DNA of 64,000 bases from Deinococcales bacterium (lineage in GTDB: Bacteria > Deinococcota > Deinococci > Deinococcales > JAAFIG01): contig JAYWGM010000063.1 in assembly GCA_043778225.1 (NCBI GenBank), positions 17,107 through 81,106 on the forward strand, read 5' to 3'. The first letter of the stretch is position 1. Every line of letters begins with the position of its first letter. The position numbers and the translations under genes are program-made. Under the pieces are notes generated by a model that ran no database searches, had not been told where the DNA came from, and saw only the letters and a list, made by a program, of their open reading frames with translations. Positions 1-10,200 of this stretch are shown here, one piece after another.

Positions 1-1356
1 GTCTACAATATAAAAAAAACCATCTGTGTCCATCCGTCCCATATCGCCAGTCAGCAACCAGCGTTTGCCACCAATTTCTTTGATGCACTCGGCGGTTTCT
101 TCGGGGCGCTGCCAGTAGCCACGCATGACATGATGCCCAGCAATCGCAATTTCGCCAATGTCACCAATCGGCATTGGCTCGAGTTCGGGCGACAAAATAC
201 ACAGTTCGACTCCCGGTATTGGAATGCCGATGCTGCCAACACGGCGTTCACCTTTAATCGGGTTGTTGGTGGCGCACGGGCTGCACTCAGTTAGCCCATA
301 ACCCTCGAGCAGATGTCCACCACTCAGGCTTTCAAAAGTTCGTGCCACCTCGAGCGGCAAGGCTGCTGCGCCCGATAAGCACAGTTGGATACTCGAGAGA
401 TCGTATTTTTTAATTTCTGGGTGATTGTTGATTGCCACATACATGGTTGGCACACCGGGGAACATCGTCGGTTTGTGCTTGTGAATCGCCTCAAGCACAT
501 CTTTTACGACAAAGCGCGGCAGCAGCACAATACTGGCGGCGGCTTTAATTGCCATGTTCATAGCGACCGTCATGCCGTACACATGAAAAAATGGAATTAC
601 CCCAAGCATCACACCGGTAGCATCTGGCACACTTGTCCAACTCGAGGCACTGGTAACATTCGACATCAGATTGCGGTGTGTCAGCATTGCCCCTTTTGGT
701 GTACCAGTCGTGCCGCCAGTGTATTGTAACAGGGCTAAATCGTCTGGCAATACACTGGTTTTTGGGGCAGCACTCGAGACTGTTTTCTCGAGCAATTTTT
801 TGAATTGATAGATATAGGGTTCTGGCTTGACCTCGACCCAAGTGCCATCGCGCTTGGCTTTGACGGGATATAACATATTTTTTGGAAAGGCTAAAAAGTC
901 GGAAATTGTGGTCATGACCACGCGCTTGACCGGAACGCTGGCGGCAATCTCGCGGTAACGCGGATAAAATAGATTCAGCATTATCAGCGTTTCTGCTCCA
1001 GAATCCCGCAACTGATGCTCGAGTTCTCGAGCCACATAGAGCGGACTGGTGTTGACCACGACTGCGCCAAGCATCATTGTGCCAAAAAAGGCAATCACAA
1101 ATTGTGGACAGTTGGGCAGCATAATTGCCACACGGTCGCCTTTTTTAACACCTAAGCCTTCGAGTGAATTGGCAAAGCGTCGGGCGTTCTCGAGTAGGGC
1201 ATGATAGCTCATGGTGTAACCCAAAAACTCGAGCGCCATTCGTTCGGGAGCGCGTTTAGCAGCGCCTTCTAATAAGCTCTGAATTGGGCTTTCAGGGTAA
1301 ATCAGGCTTTTGGGAACGCCAGCGTCGTATTGGGAAAGCCAAGGGAATGGGGTCAT
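1..1356 (-). CDS. fadD: Long-chain fatty acid-CoA ligase (3' end runs off the window)
   Basis: Manual translation from ATG 1356: MTPFPWLSQYDAGVPKSL...GVKKGDRVAIMLPNCPQFVIAFFG...LQYTGGTTGTPKGAMLTH (AMP-binding motif); absent from the ORF track because its stop lies outside the window. Confidence 0.9.
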   Translation of the reverse strand, partial: MTPFPWLSQYDAGVPKSLIYPESPIQSLLEGAAKRAPERMALEFLGYTMSYHALLENARRFANSLEGLGVKKGDRVAIMLPNCPQFVIAFFGTMMLGAVVVNTSPLYVARELEHQLRDSGAETLIMLNLFYPRYREIAASVPVKRVVMTTISDFLAFPKNMLYPVKAKRDGTWVEVKPEPYIYQFKKLLEKTVSSAAPKTSVLPDDLALLQYTGGTTGTPKGAMLTHRNLMSNVTSASSWTSVPDATGVMLGVIPFFHVYGMTVAMNMAIKAAASIVLLPRFVVKDVLEAIHKHKPTMFPGVPTMYVAINNHPEIKKYDLSSIQLCLSGAAALPLEVARTFESLSGGHLLEGYGLTECSPCATNNPIKGERRVGSIGIPIPGVELCILSPELEPMPIGDIGEIAIAGHHVMRGYWQRPEETAECIKEIGGKRWLLTGDMGRMDTDGFFYIVD

Positions 1357-1446
1357 GAAAATACCTCGAGAGAAAGCAGCGTGGCAACGGGTCGAAGACT
1401 AAAAACTTACACTCAGTATAAGTTCTTTTTAGTAAAGTGCAAGTCT

Positions 1447-3036
1447 TTAGGGCAGTAAATTGGTGGCTAAACCAATCCGTATGTTGGGCAGGCGAATCAA
1501 ACGCAAAGCCGCATCGCTCGGTGTGTCCGAGTCCGAACCCACCAGCACCAATTGGCTTGGGTTGCTACTCGAGCTTAACGCCGTGGCTCGAGCCAAACTG
1601 GCATCGGTGTTTTCCAGAATCGCTCGTGAAACTCGAGTGGCGGTGTCGGTTGCCACCAAAAAACTAAGTTTGAACTTAAAAATTTTTGATAACGGGTCGG
1701 CTGGCACTAAACGTCGTGGAATTCTGACCGCTACACTGACCAGCCCAGTGCCACCAGCCGCAATGCTGCGGCTTGAGCCATTTTTAGCCACATAGGCATA
1801 GTCCAAGATATTTTCGGTGGCACTTAGCATCCCAGCACCTCGAGCGGCGGTCTCGAGGGCGGTACTTTCTGAGATTCGGTATGCCTGAAAATCCGAGGCT
1901 AAGTTGTCCGGCACGGGGGCGGTTGCACCAAGCTGCATACCATGTAAAGGCACAATCTGCTGCCCAACGCTGGAGTCAGTATAAAGTGCGCCATCTGGAT
2001 TATTGGCATCTGGAAAAGCCCGAATGTCAAAAGCGGCGGTCTGCCCGATGTTTCCAGACTTAAAAATTGCCCGTAAACTCAAGTTCTCGAGTGGCTGACT
2101 GCTGAGGTTGGTAATGCGGTAGGTGGCGGTCAAATAGCGCACGCCAGCCGCTACATAATCTATATCGCTGTAGGTTAAAGGTAAAAAACTGACCTGTCCG
2201 CTCGAGTCGGTCTCTGCATTGCGCTGACTGGTATCCCATGCCAAATTAACCAAGCCAAGGGCTGTACTTTGAAGGGCGGTACTCGAGACCAAAACCGTTT
2301 TGGTGACTGTTCCACCGTTGTTGCTGGCGGTTAAAGTAAAAATGGTGTTTTTGGCGACGTTGACTTGTACTGTACTACCAGTCACCACGCCAATATCTGG
2401 TGAAATACTCAGGGTTGTCGCACCAAGGGCAACCCACTCGAGCTTGACCAGTCCAGCCTCGAGATTGTCTGGCGTGGCGCTCAAACTCTGAATCACGGGT
2501 GCGGCATCCTGCACAAATATCCCAACGGTTTTTGTGGTTGTACCACCCGCTCCTACGGCTGTGAGCGTATAGGTTTTACTGGTATTGACACTGACCTCGA
2601 GACTGGTTTTACCAGTTACGTCGCTAATGCCGCCATCCATGCTTAGGCTGGTGCTGTTTTCGGTTGCCCAAGCCAAAGTGACCATACCGCCGCCAAAGGC
2701 AAGTGTGTTTGGGGTAGCGGTCAAACTCAAGATGGTTGGTGGGGCAGGGGCAACGGTCACTGCTACCGATTGATTAACACTGCCACCCGCATTGCTGGCG
2801 CTTAAAACAAAAATTGTGCTGCTCGAGATGATTAGGGTTTTTGAAGTTAAACCTGTCACATCTGTATCACCAAGACTCAAAGCCGTGGCGCGTTCGGTTG
2901 TCCACGATAGCAGCACCGCACCACCACCAAAAGGCAGACTGACTTTATCGGCGTTTAGACTCGAGATGACTGGCGGCTGAACTGGACAACCTACCAACAG
3001 TAAAACTAAACTTAGCATCGCAAAAAATCGCTTCAT
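1447..3036 (-). CDS. Lipoprotein with three Ig-like/PKD-like repeats and an uncharacterised C-terminal domain
   Basis: Lipobox LLVGC; three ~78-aa repeats (P.I.SL.A...G.V.L.W....T.LS...VTG....V...T..TLTA...GGT..KTV). Confidence 0.75.
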   Translation of the reverse strand: MKRFFAMLSLVLLLVGCPVQPPVISSLNADKVSLPFGGGAVLLSWTTERATALSLGDTDVTGLTSKTLIISSSTIFVLSASNAGGSVNQSVAVTVAPAPPTILSLTATPNTLAFGGGMVTLAWATENSTSLSMDGGISDVTGKTSLEVSVNTSKTYTLTAVGAGGTTTKTVGIFVQDAAPVIQSLSATPDNLEAGLVKLEWVALGATTLSISPDIGVVTGSTVQVNVAKNTIFTLTASNNGGTVTKTVLVSSTALQSTALGLVNLAWDTSQRNAETDSSGQVSFLPLTYSDIDYVAAGVRYLTATYRITNLSSQPLENLSLRAIFKSGNIGQTAAFDIRAFPDANNPDGALYTDSSVGQQIVPLHGMQLGATAPVPDNLASDFQAYRISESTALETAARGAGMLSATENILDYAYVAKNGSSRSIAAGGTGLVSVAVRIPRRLVPADPLSKIFKFKLSFLVATDTATRVSRAILENTDASLARATALSSSSNPSQLVLVGSDSDTPSDAALRLIRLPNIRIGLATNLLP

Positions 3037-3060
3037 GCCCTAGATTCTACAACCCAAAGG

Positions 3061-3840
3061 TTAAAACAAACCCTCGAGCTTGAACTTGCGCCCAGTCACA
3101 AATTCGAGTTGGGCGGATAAATGATGCGCCCTGATTTTTTTGTGCAGCACCACTTGCCCACCAATTCGCTCAAGCGCTACAGCTAAGGAACTTTCGCCAG
3201 CCACCTCGACCAAGGTGTGATAGGGCTGCAATAAACGTGGCTCGAGTCGCAGTTTGGCATCGCAAATCAGCAGTAAATCTGCCCGTTCTAAGGCTTCTAA
3301 TAACGCAGCTTCCTCGAGGCTGATACAGCGCACCACCACACCGGCTGGGGCGTGTTTAGCAAGGCGTTCGGCATGAGGACGGTCTGGGGCAGCAATCGTC
3401 AGGCTTTTGACCCCAGCGCGAGCCACTTGCACTGCCGCACTGGCACTTGCGCCACCGCCAAGCACCACGGCATTTGCCCCAAAACCACGGTATTTAATGC
3501 TCTCGAGGGCGGCTAATAAACCATCTTCTAAGGTGTGCGAGCCTTGTGTGCCGCGAGTCACACTGATGGCATCCAATGCCCCATCACGCTCGCTACTGCT
3601 CGAGAGACCATCCACCAAAGTCAGGGCTTCGGTACTTGCCCCACCAATAAAAACCGCCCCTAAGAAACCCAAAGGCTCGAGACCCTGCACCACCGCTCCA
3701 AGTTTGGCGCTGGTTGGCACAAGGGTCGGTAAAAACTGTGCCTCGAGTTTGTAAAGGGCGGTCACGATTGGGGCGGCTTCTGCGCCAAGAAACGCCACGG
3801 GTTTTAAGGTATTCATGTTCAATGGCAAGTATACGACCAT
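3061..3840 (-). CDS. Shikimate dehydrogenase-like protein, degenerate (start uncertain)
   Basis: AVVLGGGASA Rossmann motif and AroE-like layout, but no SxSP or NTD motifs. Confidence 0.55.
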   Translation of the reverse strand: MVVYLPLNMNTLKPVAFLGAEAAPIVTALYKLEAQFLPTLVPTSAKLGAVVQGLEPLGFLGAVFIGGASTEALTLVDGLSSSSERDGALDAISVTRGTQGSHTLEDGLLAALESIKYRGFGANAVVLGGGASASAAVQVARAGVKSLTIAAPDRPHAERLAKHAPAGVVVRCISLEEAALLEALERADLLLICDAKLRLEPRLLQPYHTLVEVAGESSLAVALERIGGQVVLHKKIRAHHLSAQLEFVTGRKFKLEGLF

Positions 3841-4069
3841 CCGCCTGTGTTGGATTGCAGGCGGTACTTTATGATTGTGGTCAACTCGAATATGATTTCG
3901 TAAAAATTTCGGTAGTACAGCTAGAAAGCATACAGACGATTGTTCAGAAATTGAGCTTTTGGTGTGTCTCGAGCTAATCTAGAAAGTGCGCCATAGCGTC
4001 TATTGGTCGGTCCAGTTGCGTTTAGTCTAAGCAATTTGCAGTATCCTATTGGTCTACGGAGGTTGGCTT

Positions 4070-4915
4070 ATGAAAATAAAACTTTTAGCGGCACTTGGCT
4101 TGGTTGGTATGACGGTACTTGGTTTTAGCTCTGGGGCGCAGAACATGACAAAATACGGCGATTGTACGATTACGGGCATGATGGGTTCGATGAAATTTAC
4201 ACCTGCGATTGCTGGGCAACTCACTGTCCAAACCAATTTGCCAAGCCCGGGTTTTTACAACGGCGACTCGCCAGAACTGGTCAAGAGCGGCGTTGAATAC
4301 TGCATGGCTGCCAACATCGCACATCGGGCGGGACTCGAGAAAGTGGTGGTTCAAAATGTCGCGTGGGACGGTTTGGTGGCTGGACAGACCAAAGATTTTG
4401 ACTTGGCAATGAGCCAAATTTCAATCACTGCCGAGCGCAAAAAAGTGGTCGAATTCAGCACGCCGTATTTCTCGAGCGACATTGGGGTATTGGTGCGTAA
4501 AGGCTTTAAGGTTGACGAAAAAAGTATCAAAACCGCCAAAATCGGTGTACAGCAAGGCACAACTGGCGAAAAATTTGCTCGAGAAACCTTAAAAATTAAA
4601 AACGTTAAGGTTTTCCCAGATACCCCCGGAATGTTTGTGGCGCTCCAAGCCAAACAAGTGGACATCGCCATGACCGACACCAGCATTGTTTTATCGCAAG
4701 CCAAGCAATCGGCTGGCAAGTTTGAAGTCGTTGGGCAGTACAAAACTGGCGAAAGCTACGGCGCATTGTTTCCAAAAGCTGGCAAAAATAACAAAGCCAT
4801 CAACACCATCCTGCAAGAAATGCTCAAAGATGGCACAGTCGCCAAACTCGTTGGGCAGTATCTCTCGAGCGAATGGGGCGTTGACCCACTGAAAATCAAG
4901 TATTTCAAACCTTAA
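4070..4915 (+). CDS. Polar amino acid ABC transporter substrate-binding protein
   Basis: GGAGG RBS, signal peptide, SBP_bac_3 motifs (ISITAERKKVVEFSTPYF, IGVQQGTT). Confidence 0.9.
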   Translation: MKIKLLAALGLVGMTVLGFSSGAQNMTKYGDCTITGMMGSMKFTPAIAGQLTVQTNLPSPGFYNGDSPELVKSGVEYCMAANIAHRAGLEKVVVQNVAWDGLVAGQTKDFDLAMSQISITAERKKVVEFSTPYFSSDIGVLVRKGFKVDEKSIKTAKIGVQQGTTGEKFARETLKIKNVKVFPDTPGMFVALQAKQVDIAMTDTSIVLSQAKQSAGKFEVVGQYKTGESYGALFPKAGKNNKAINTILQEMLKDGTVAKLVGQYLSSEWGVDPLKIKYFKP

Positions 4916-4921
4916 AAGCTC

Positions 4922-4988
4922 AGGTAAAAAGGGTAAAAGGTCAAAAGGATAAAAGTTTGACCTTTTTACCCTTTGACCTTTTACCCTT
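4922..4988. repeat. Octamer-based imperfect palindrome (AAAAGGKT-like units followed by TTTKACCC-like units)
   Basis: Inverted arrays of ~8-nt units between the SBP and permease genes. Confidence 0.7.
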
Positions 4989-4992
4989 CTCT

Positions 4993-6156
4993 ATGCTTCC
5001 AGACCGTTCAGCGCGTTTTCGCGCTCCAAGTATCCCCAAAAGCGCCATGCCTTTGTCGCTGGCAGCTTTACTTGTCTCGAGCCTGACGATGCTTTTTGCT
5101 TGGTCGGTGGTTTGGCAATTGGCGCTGGCATTGGCTGGCGTGACTGAAGAAAATGTGGCGGCAGCAGTCGAAAAAAACCTCTATTGGTTTTTGATGTGGT
5201 CTCGAGTCTCGGGTTTACCTTTTTTGGCTTGGGTGGGGCTGGTGGGGCTGGCGATTGTGCCACTTTTACTATTTATTCCAGCTTTTCGTGGGCTTTCTGC
5301 GGCGGCTCGAGCCAAAAATGCAAGACTTAAAGATGATTTAATCCTGGCTCGAGTCGAATCAGCCGACTCGAGTAATTCGGCTTGGTTTACCATCGGCTAT
5401 GCAGTTTTTGCACTTTTGGCTTTCTCGAGCATTGGTTTTATGATTGCCAAAGATGTGGCGGTTGGCAACACTTTTTTTAAGCTCGATTTGATGCTTTCTA
5501 AAGCCGGTTTGGTCGGACAAGCGTTTTTGACCAATGTTTTTATTTTTATGGTAGCGCAGGTTTTTATTCTGGTTTGGGCATTGATTGTGGCACTTGCCCG
5601 TATGATTCCGGGGTCAGCCGGTCAGCCGATTCGCTTACTGGCAACGCTTTATACCGATGTTTTTCGTGGGCTACCGAGTGTGATTACGATTTACCTGATT
5701 GGCTTTGGCTTGCCTTTAACTGGTTTTCCGATTCTTGGCGATTTATCACCAATTTGGTATGCGATTTTTGCCCTAATGCTAACTTACGGCGCATATGTTG
5801 CCGAAGTCTACCGCGCTGGCATCGAGAGCATTCACCCCAGCCAAATGATGGCAGCCCGCAGTCTGGGCTTAAACTTTTTTCAGACGATGCGCTTTGTGAT
5901 TGTGCCGCAAGCCATCCGCCGAATTATCCCGCCACTCTTGAACGACTTTATTGGACTGCAAAAAGACACGGCTTTGGTCAATGTCATCGGCACAATAGAT
6001 GCTTTTAATCAAGCGCGGATTTTGGCAAGTAATAATTTTAATTTAAGTACGGTTACGATTGTGGCAATTTTATTTGTGCTGATTACGATTCCTCAAGCCA
6101 GATTTGTAGACCGCTTACTCGAGCAAGACGCGGCTAAAACCCGAGGCGCAAAATGA
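4993..6156 (+). CDS. Amino acid ABC transporter permease with N-terminal extension
   Basis: [19 protein letters not shown] and AARSLG EAA-loop motifs; start uncertain. Confidence 0.88.
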   Translation: MLPDRSARFRAPSIPKSAMPLSLAALLVSSLTMLFAWSVVWQLALALAGVTEENVAAAVEKNLYWFLMWSRVSGLPFLAWVGLVGLAIVPLLLFIPAFRGLSAAARAKNARLKDDLILARVESADSSNSAWFTIGYAVFALLAFSSIGFMIAKDVAVGNTFFKLDLMLSKAGLVGQAFLTNVFIFMVAQVFILVWALIVALARMIPGSAGQPIRLLATLYTDVFRGLPSVITIYLIGFGLPLTGFPILGDLSPIWYAIFALMLTYGAYVAEVYRAGIESIHPSQMMAARSLGLNFFQTMRFVIVPQAIRRIIPPLLNDFIGLQKDTALVNVIGTIDAFNQARILASNNFNLSTVTIVAILFVLITIPQARFVDRLLEQDAAKTRGAK

Positions 6157-6896
6157 GTTTTCTTGAAATGCGAAATGTACAAAAGCGCTTTGGGTCGCTC
6201 GAGGTGCTGCGTGGCTTAAATCTCAATGTCGAGGAGCATCAAGTGGTCTGCCTGATTGGACCGAGCGGCTGCGGCAAAAGTACCTTATTGCGCTGTATCA
6301 ACGGTCTCGAGCCGATAACTGGCGGCGAGATTCGGATTCTCGACGACCGCGTTTCTGGGGCTGGGGTGGATGTAGACCGCTTGCGGCGCGATGTCGGGAT
6401 TGTGTTTCAGAGCTTTAATTTGTTTCCGCACATGACCGTCCTCGAGAACATCTGTTTAGCCCCACGCCAAGTGCTGGGGCTGACCAAAGCCGAGTCCGAA
6501 GCTCGAGCCTTTGAACTGCTTGAGCGGGTGCAGTTGGCACAAAAAGCCAAAGCCTACCCCGACCAACTCAGCGGTGGGCAGCAACAACGGGTGGCGATTG
6601 CTCGAGCCTTGGCAATGCAGCCGATGCTGATGCTGCTCGACGAGATTACTTCAGCACTCGACCCAGAACTGGTGGCAGAAGTGCTTGACCTTGTGCGCGA
6701 CCTTGCAAGTGAGGGCATGACGATGTTGCTTGCGACCCACGAAATGGGTTTTGCCAAAGAAGTCTCGAGCAAGGTGTGTTTTTTATACGAAGGCGTGGTG
6801 CATGAAGAAGGCACACCCGAAGAAATTTTTAGCGCTCCAAAAGAAGAGCGAACCCAAGCCTTTTTGAAAAAGATTATCGAGGCTGGGAGGTTATAA
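6153..6896 (+). CDS. Amino acid ABC transporter ATP-binding protein (GlnQ-like)
   Basis: [38 protein letters not shown]. Confidence 0.95.
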   Translation: MSFLEMRNVQKRFGSLEVLRGLNLNVEEHQVVCLIGPSGCGKSTLLRCINGLEPITGGEIRILDDRVSGAGVDVDRLRRDVGIVFQSFNLFPHMTVLENICLAPRQVLGLTKAESEARAFELLERVQLAQKAKAYPDQLSGGQQQRVAIARALAMQPMLMLLDEITSALDPELVAEVLDLVRDLASEGMTMLLATHEMGFAKEVSSKVCFLYEGVVHEEGTPEEIFSAPKEERTQAFLKKIIEAGRL

Positions 6897-6899
6897 ATT

Positions 6900-7091
6900 A
6901 TGGAGCTTACCAAGGCTCAAATCGAGCGCCAAGATTTTGTTGATTCACAGATTTTTGATTTATTGAATCAACTGAATACAACTGAAGTCAAACTCGAGTG
7001 GGACATTGAAATGATTGGCGACATTCGAGACAGCATTGAAGCGTGGCTCTTGGAGAAAGTCTCGCTTGAGCCACAAGAATTTTATCCGTAA
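6900..7091 (+). CDS. Small acidic hypothetical protein
   Basis: 63-aa ORF 3 nt after the ATPase, GGGAGG RBS, protein-like composition. Confidence 0.65.
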   Translation: MELTKAQIERQDFVDSQIFDLLNQLNTTEVKLEWDIEMIGDIRDSIEAWLLEKVSLEPQEFYP

Positions 7092-7095
7092 AGTC

Positions 7096-7917
7096 TTAAA
7101 AAATAGCTTTTGAACTTTGCTCGAGTGGTTCAATGCCTAGAAATTCGCGGTAGATTCGTTCTTTATACGGCAGCCCGATTTCATTGATGGCTTGGATAAA
7201 GGCTGCATATGTGCCAACACCACCAATTTTATCCCAGAACTCCGCGCCAATCAGCACCACAGGGTCTTGTCTCATGTCAAACCAACGGGCTGGGAATGTC
7301 CACGCATAATCGGTTTTTGCGCCATATGGATTGTACGGCAGGGCATAATAGGCAGCGTCTATCGGTTTATTGTCCATCGCAAAGAGCTTAAAAATTTTCT
7401 CTTTGCTTTGCTTGGTTTGGTCGCTATTTGGCAAGGGGGCTTTGAGTTCAAAAGCAAATCGCTCGCCTGTAGCTGTATCTTCGGTGCAAATATCACAAAC
7501 CACGGTCGCTGGTATCAGTTCGCCTTTTCCCTCGAGAATATAGTTAAGTTCGGTCTGCCAATTTGGTTTTTGGCGTTCGATGCCCACTTCTGGATGCTCG
7601 AGTTTGTTTAAGACCTCTTGGATTCGCTGCAACCTGCCCATTCTGATATTCCCGCGGATAGTGTGCTGTTGGAGGCACTTTCCTAAACCTTGTTCGGCTG
7701 CAACGGCAGCTAGTTTTTTCCAAATATCACTAAAATGCTCGAGAAACTTCTTTTGAAGGAATGCAGCTTTTCTGATTTCTAAAGGAAGAAAAGCATCAAA
7801 AAAAAGCCTGTTCTGTAGGCATTCAGTGCTTCCTAAAAACTCTTGTGTATCACAAGCAAGAAACTCTGTAAGTTGATTCTCAAGAGTCAAGAAAAACTTG
7901 TCTTTGAGTTTAGACAT
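7096..7917 (-). CDS. TdeIII-family type II restriction endonuclease (no adjacent MTase)
   Basis: PD-(D/E)xK-like core VVCD...AFELKAPLPNSDQTKQSKEK, YYALPYNPYG, VLIGAEFWDKIGG, recognised as TdeIII family. Confidence 0.75.
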   Translation of the reverse strand: MSKLKDKFFLTLENQLTEFLACDTQEFLGSTECLQNRLFFDAFLPLEIRKAAFLQKKFLEHFSDIWKKLAAVAAEQGLGKCLQQHTIRGNIRMGRLQRIQEVLNKLEHPEVGIERQKPNWQTELNYILEGKGELIPATVVCDICTEDTATGERFAFELKAPLPNSDQTKQSKEKIFKLFAMDNKPIDAAYYALPYNPYGAKTDYAWTFPARWFDMRQDPVVLIGAEFWDKIGGVGTYAAFIQAINEIGLPYKERIYREFLGIEPLEQSSKAIF

Positions 7918-7968
7918 ACTTTTTCCGTAAACAGTCTAATCGCATCTGGCGTTATGATAACACACGAA

Positions 7969-8721
7969 TCACTTGACTTTAATTTCAAACAGCTTATCCC
8001 AAAGTTTGCCCGTCACAAAAATACGCTTGGTCTTGGCATCGTATGCAATGCCATTCAACACTGAATCCGAATTGCCAAGGGTATTTTCTGGGCGTAAACC
8101 CACCAAGTTGATAAAGGCTTTGACTGCACCCGTTTTCGGGTCAATTCGAGCAATCAAGTCGGTCTGCCAGATATTCGCCCAAATTTCGTTATCTATCCAC
8201 TCGAGTTCGTTGAGGTTGCGGATTTCCGAGCCAGCATTGCTGACTGTAATCGTGCGTAAAACCTTAAAAGTATTTGGCTCGAGAAAATAAATTTGGTCTG
8301 TGCCGTCGGACAAGACCAAATTTTTACCATCGGTGGTTAAGCCCCAGCCTTCGGTTTGGTAGCCGCGTGTTGCCTCGAGCTTAAAAGTGCTGGCGTTGTA
8401 GACAAAGGCTTTTTTACTTGTCCAAGTCAGTTGGTATAATTTGTCGCCAAGCCAAGCCAAGCCTTCGGCAAAAACGCTCGAGTCGACGGCTTGGCTGCGA
8501 AGCACTTTTCCATCCAAGCTGGTTTGGCGCAGACTGCTTGTGCCGTAACCGCCACTGCTTTCATAAAAACCGCTACCATTCCAGACCAAGCCCTGTGTAT
8601 AGGATTTTGGGTCATGGCTATGGGTTTTAAGCACCGTATAGCCTTGCAAGGCGGCTCGAGGGGCTTGACTATATGAACTCGGGAGCAGCGCCAAGACCAG
8701 CACAGCCAAAAATCGTTTCAT
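7969..8721 (-). CDS. Glutaminyl-peptide cyclotransferase (beta-propeller type)
   Basis: HDPKSYTQGL, FAEGL, EGWGLT, LNELEWI, VLNGIAYD; signal peptide; TAGACT 7 nt before ATG. Confidence 0.9.
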   Translation of the reverse strand: MKRFLAVLVLALLPSSYSQAPRAALQGYTVLKTHSHDPKSYTQGLVWNGSGFYESSGGYGTSSLRQTSLDGKVLRSQAVDSSVFAEGLAWLGDKLYQLTWTSKKAFVYNASTFKLEATRGYQTEGWGLTTDGKNLVLSDGTDQIYFLEPNTFKVLRTITVSNAGSEIRNLNELEWIDNEIWANIWQTDLIARIDPKTGAVKAFINLVGLRPENTLGNSDSVLNGIAYDAKTKRIFVTGKLWDKLFEIKVK

Positions 8722-8767
8722 GTTGCTCAGTCTAACGCTTACGGCATGACCAATGGATGAAGGCAAC

Positions 8768-9454
8768 TTAAATAAAACTGGCGGTTTCGACGTATTCTCG
8801 CAAAGCTGGTAGGTCTATTTCGTATTCGCCGCGTGTGCCAACCACCAAGCCAAGGTCGCGCAATTCGCCTAGGGCATTGGTCACGGTCACTCGGGTGCTG
8901 CCAACAAAAGCCGCCAATTCTTCGTGGGTCAAATCAAGTTTAAGGTTGGTTTTGTTAGCCACCTTTAAGCCAAAGCGCTCGGCAAATGCCATCAACGCCC
9001 CGCCAACTCGAGCCGTAACGGGCGAGGTTGTGGCTTCAAGTTGTGCCTCGAGTTCTTGTACCCTTTGGGCTAAGACTCGAGCCAAAGCAATCGCAATGGT
9101 TGGTTGTTTGGCGGTCAGCTCGAGGATTTTATCAATGCAGACTGGACTGGCAATCACGGGTTCGGTCAGGGCGACTGCATCGGTGGTGTGGCGTTCTTGA
9201 CCACTTAAAAAGCTCTCGCCAAAAAAGTCGCCAGGTCCTAAGACTGATAAAATTCGTTCGCCGCCATCCGAAGTTGGGGCAGTAATTTTAACCTTGCCAG
9301 TATGGACAATAAACAGGTCGTCGGCACGGTCTTGGTAGCGATAAATGGCTTGTCCCTTTTTGAATTTCCGAGGTGGACATAAGCGCTCGAGGGTTGATTT
9401 ATCTTCGGGCGTAAGATATTGCATCAGTTGATGGTTTGCAGCAATGACCGGCAT
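8768..9454 (-). CDS. Crp/Fnr family transcriptional regulator
   Basis: cNMP-binding GDFFGE and HTH LTHEELAAFVGSTRVTVTNAL. Confidence 0.92.
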   Translation of the reverse strand: MPVIAANHQLMQYLTPEDKSTLERLCPPRKFKKGQAIYRYQDRADDLFIVHTGKVKITAPTSDGGERILSVLGPGDFFGESFLSGQERHTTDAVALTEPVIASPVCIDKILELTAKQPTIAIALARVLAQRVQELEAQLEATTSPVTARVGGALMAFAERFGLKVANKTNLKLDLTHEELAAFVGSTRVTVTNALGELRDLGLVVGTRGEYEIDLPALREYVETASFI

Positions 9455-9531
9455 GGCTCTATTGTACTCTTAAAAATCAAAAGGCAAACGTCTTATCACT
9501 TGGCTAAGCCATTTGGGTTAGGCTACTGCCC

Positions 9532-10200
9532 ATGCGGCGCGGAATTTTATTTGTTTTATCGGGAGCAAGTGGGGTTGGTAAGGGTACGGTTTTGTCGTAT
9601 GTGCTGAGCCAAGACGAAAATCTGTATTTTAGTATTTCGTGGACAACCCGTAACCAACGTAAAGGCGAGACCAATGGTAAAGATTATTACTTTAAGAGTC
9701 GAGAAGAATTTATGCTCGAACTCGAGACGACTGGTTTTTTAGAACACGCCGAATTTGTCGGTTCAATGTACGGTACACCAAGGCGCAAAGTCGAAGAGCA
9801 ACTCGAAGCGGGTAGGGATGTGATTCTTGATGTTGAACGGGTTGGGGCGCTCAATGTCAAACGGCTGATGCCCGAAGCGGTGCTGATTCAACTTGTGCCG
9901 CCGAATTTATCCAAATTGCGCCAACGCTTGCTTAAACGTGGTACAGATGCGCTCGAGGTGATTGGGCGGCGCTTAAAACGTGCCAAAGAGGACATGCAGT
10001 ATTACCGCGAATTTGATTATGTAATTGTCAACGATGACCTTTCGACGGCAGTAGATGACCTCGAGAGTGTGTTAAGAGCCGAACGTTTAAGCACCAGTCG
10101 GATTGTGTCCGATGAATTTCTGGTCCATTCGAGCCAAGAGCTAGAATTAGAACTCGAGCTAGATTCATTAGAAGCCAAAATTCGTGACAGTGGTCACTAG
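9532..10200 (+). CDS. gmk: Guanylate kinase
   Basis: SGASGVGKGT, SWTTR..R.GE..GKDYYF, YGTP. Confidence 0.95.
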   Translation: MRRGILFVLSGASGVGKGTVLSYVLSQDENLYFSISWTTRNQRKGETNGKDYYFKSREEFMLELETTGFLEHAEFVGSMYGTPRRKVEEQLEAGRDVILDVERVGALNVKRLMPEAVLIQLVPPNLSKLRQRLLKRGTDALEVIGRRLKRAKEDMQYYREFDYVIVNDDLSTAVDDLESVLRAERLSTSRIVSDEFLVHSSQELELELELDSLEAKIRDSGH

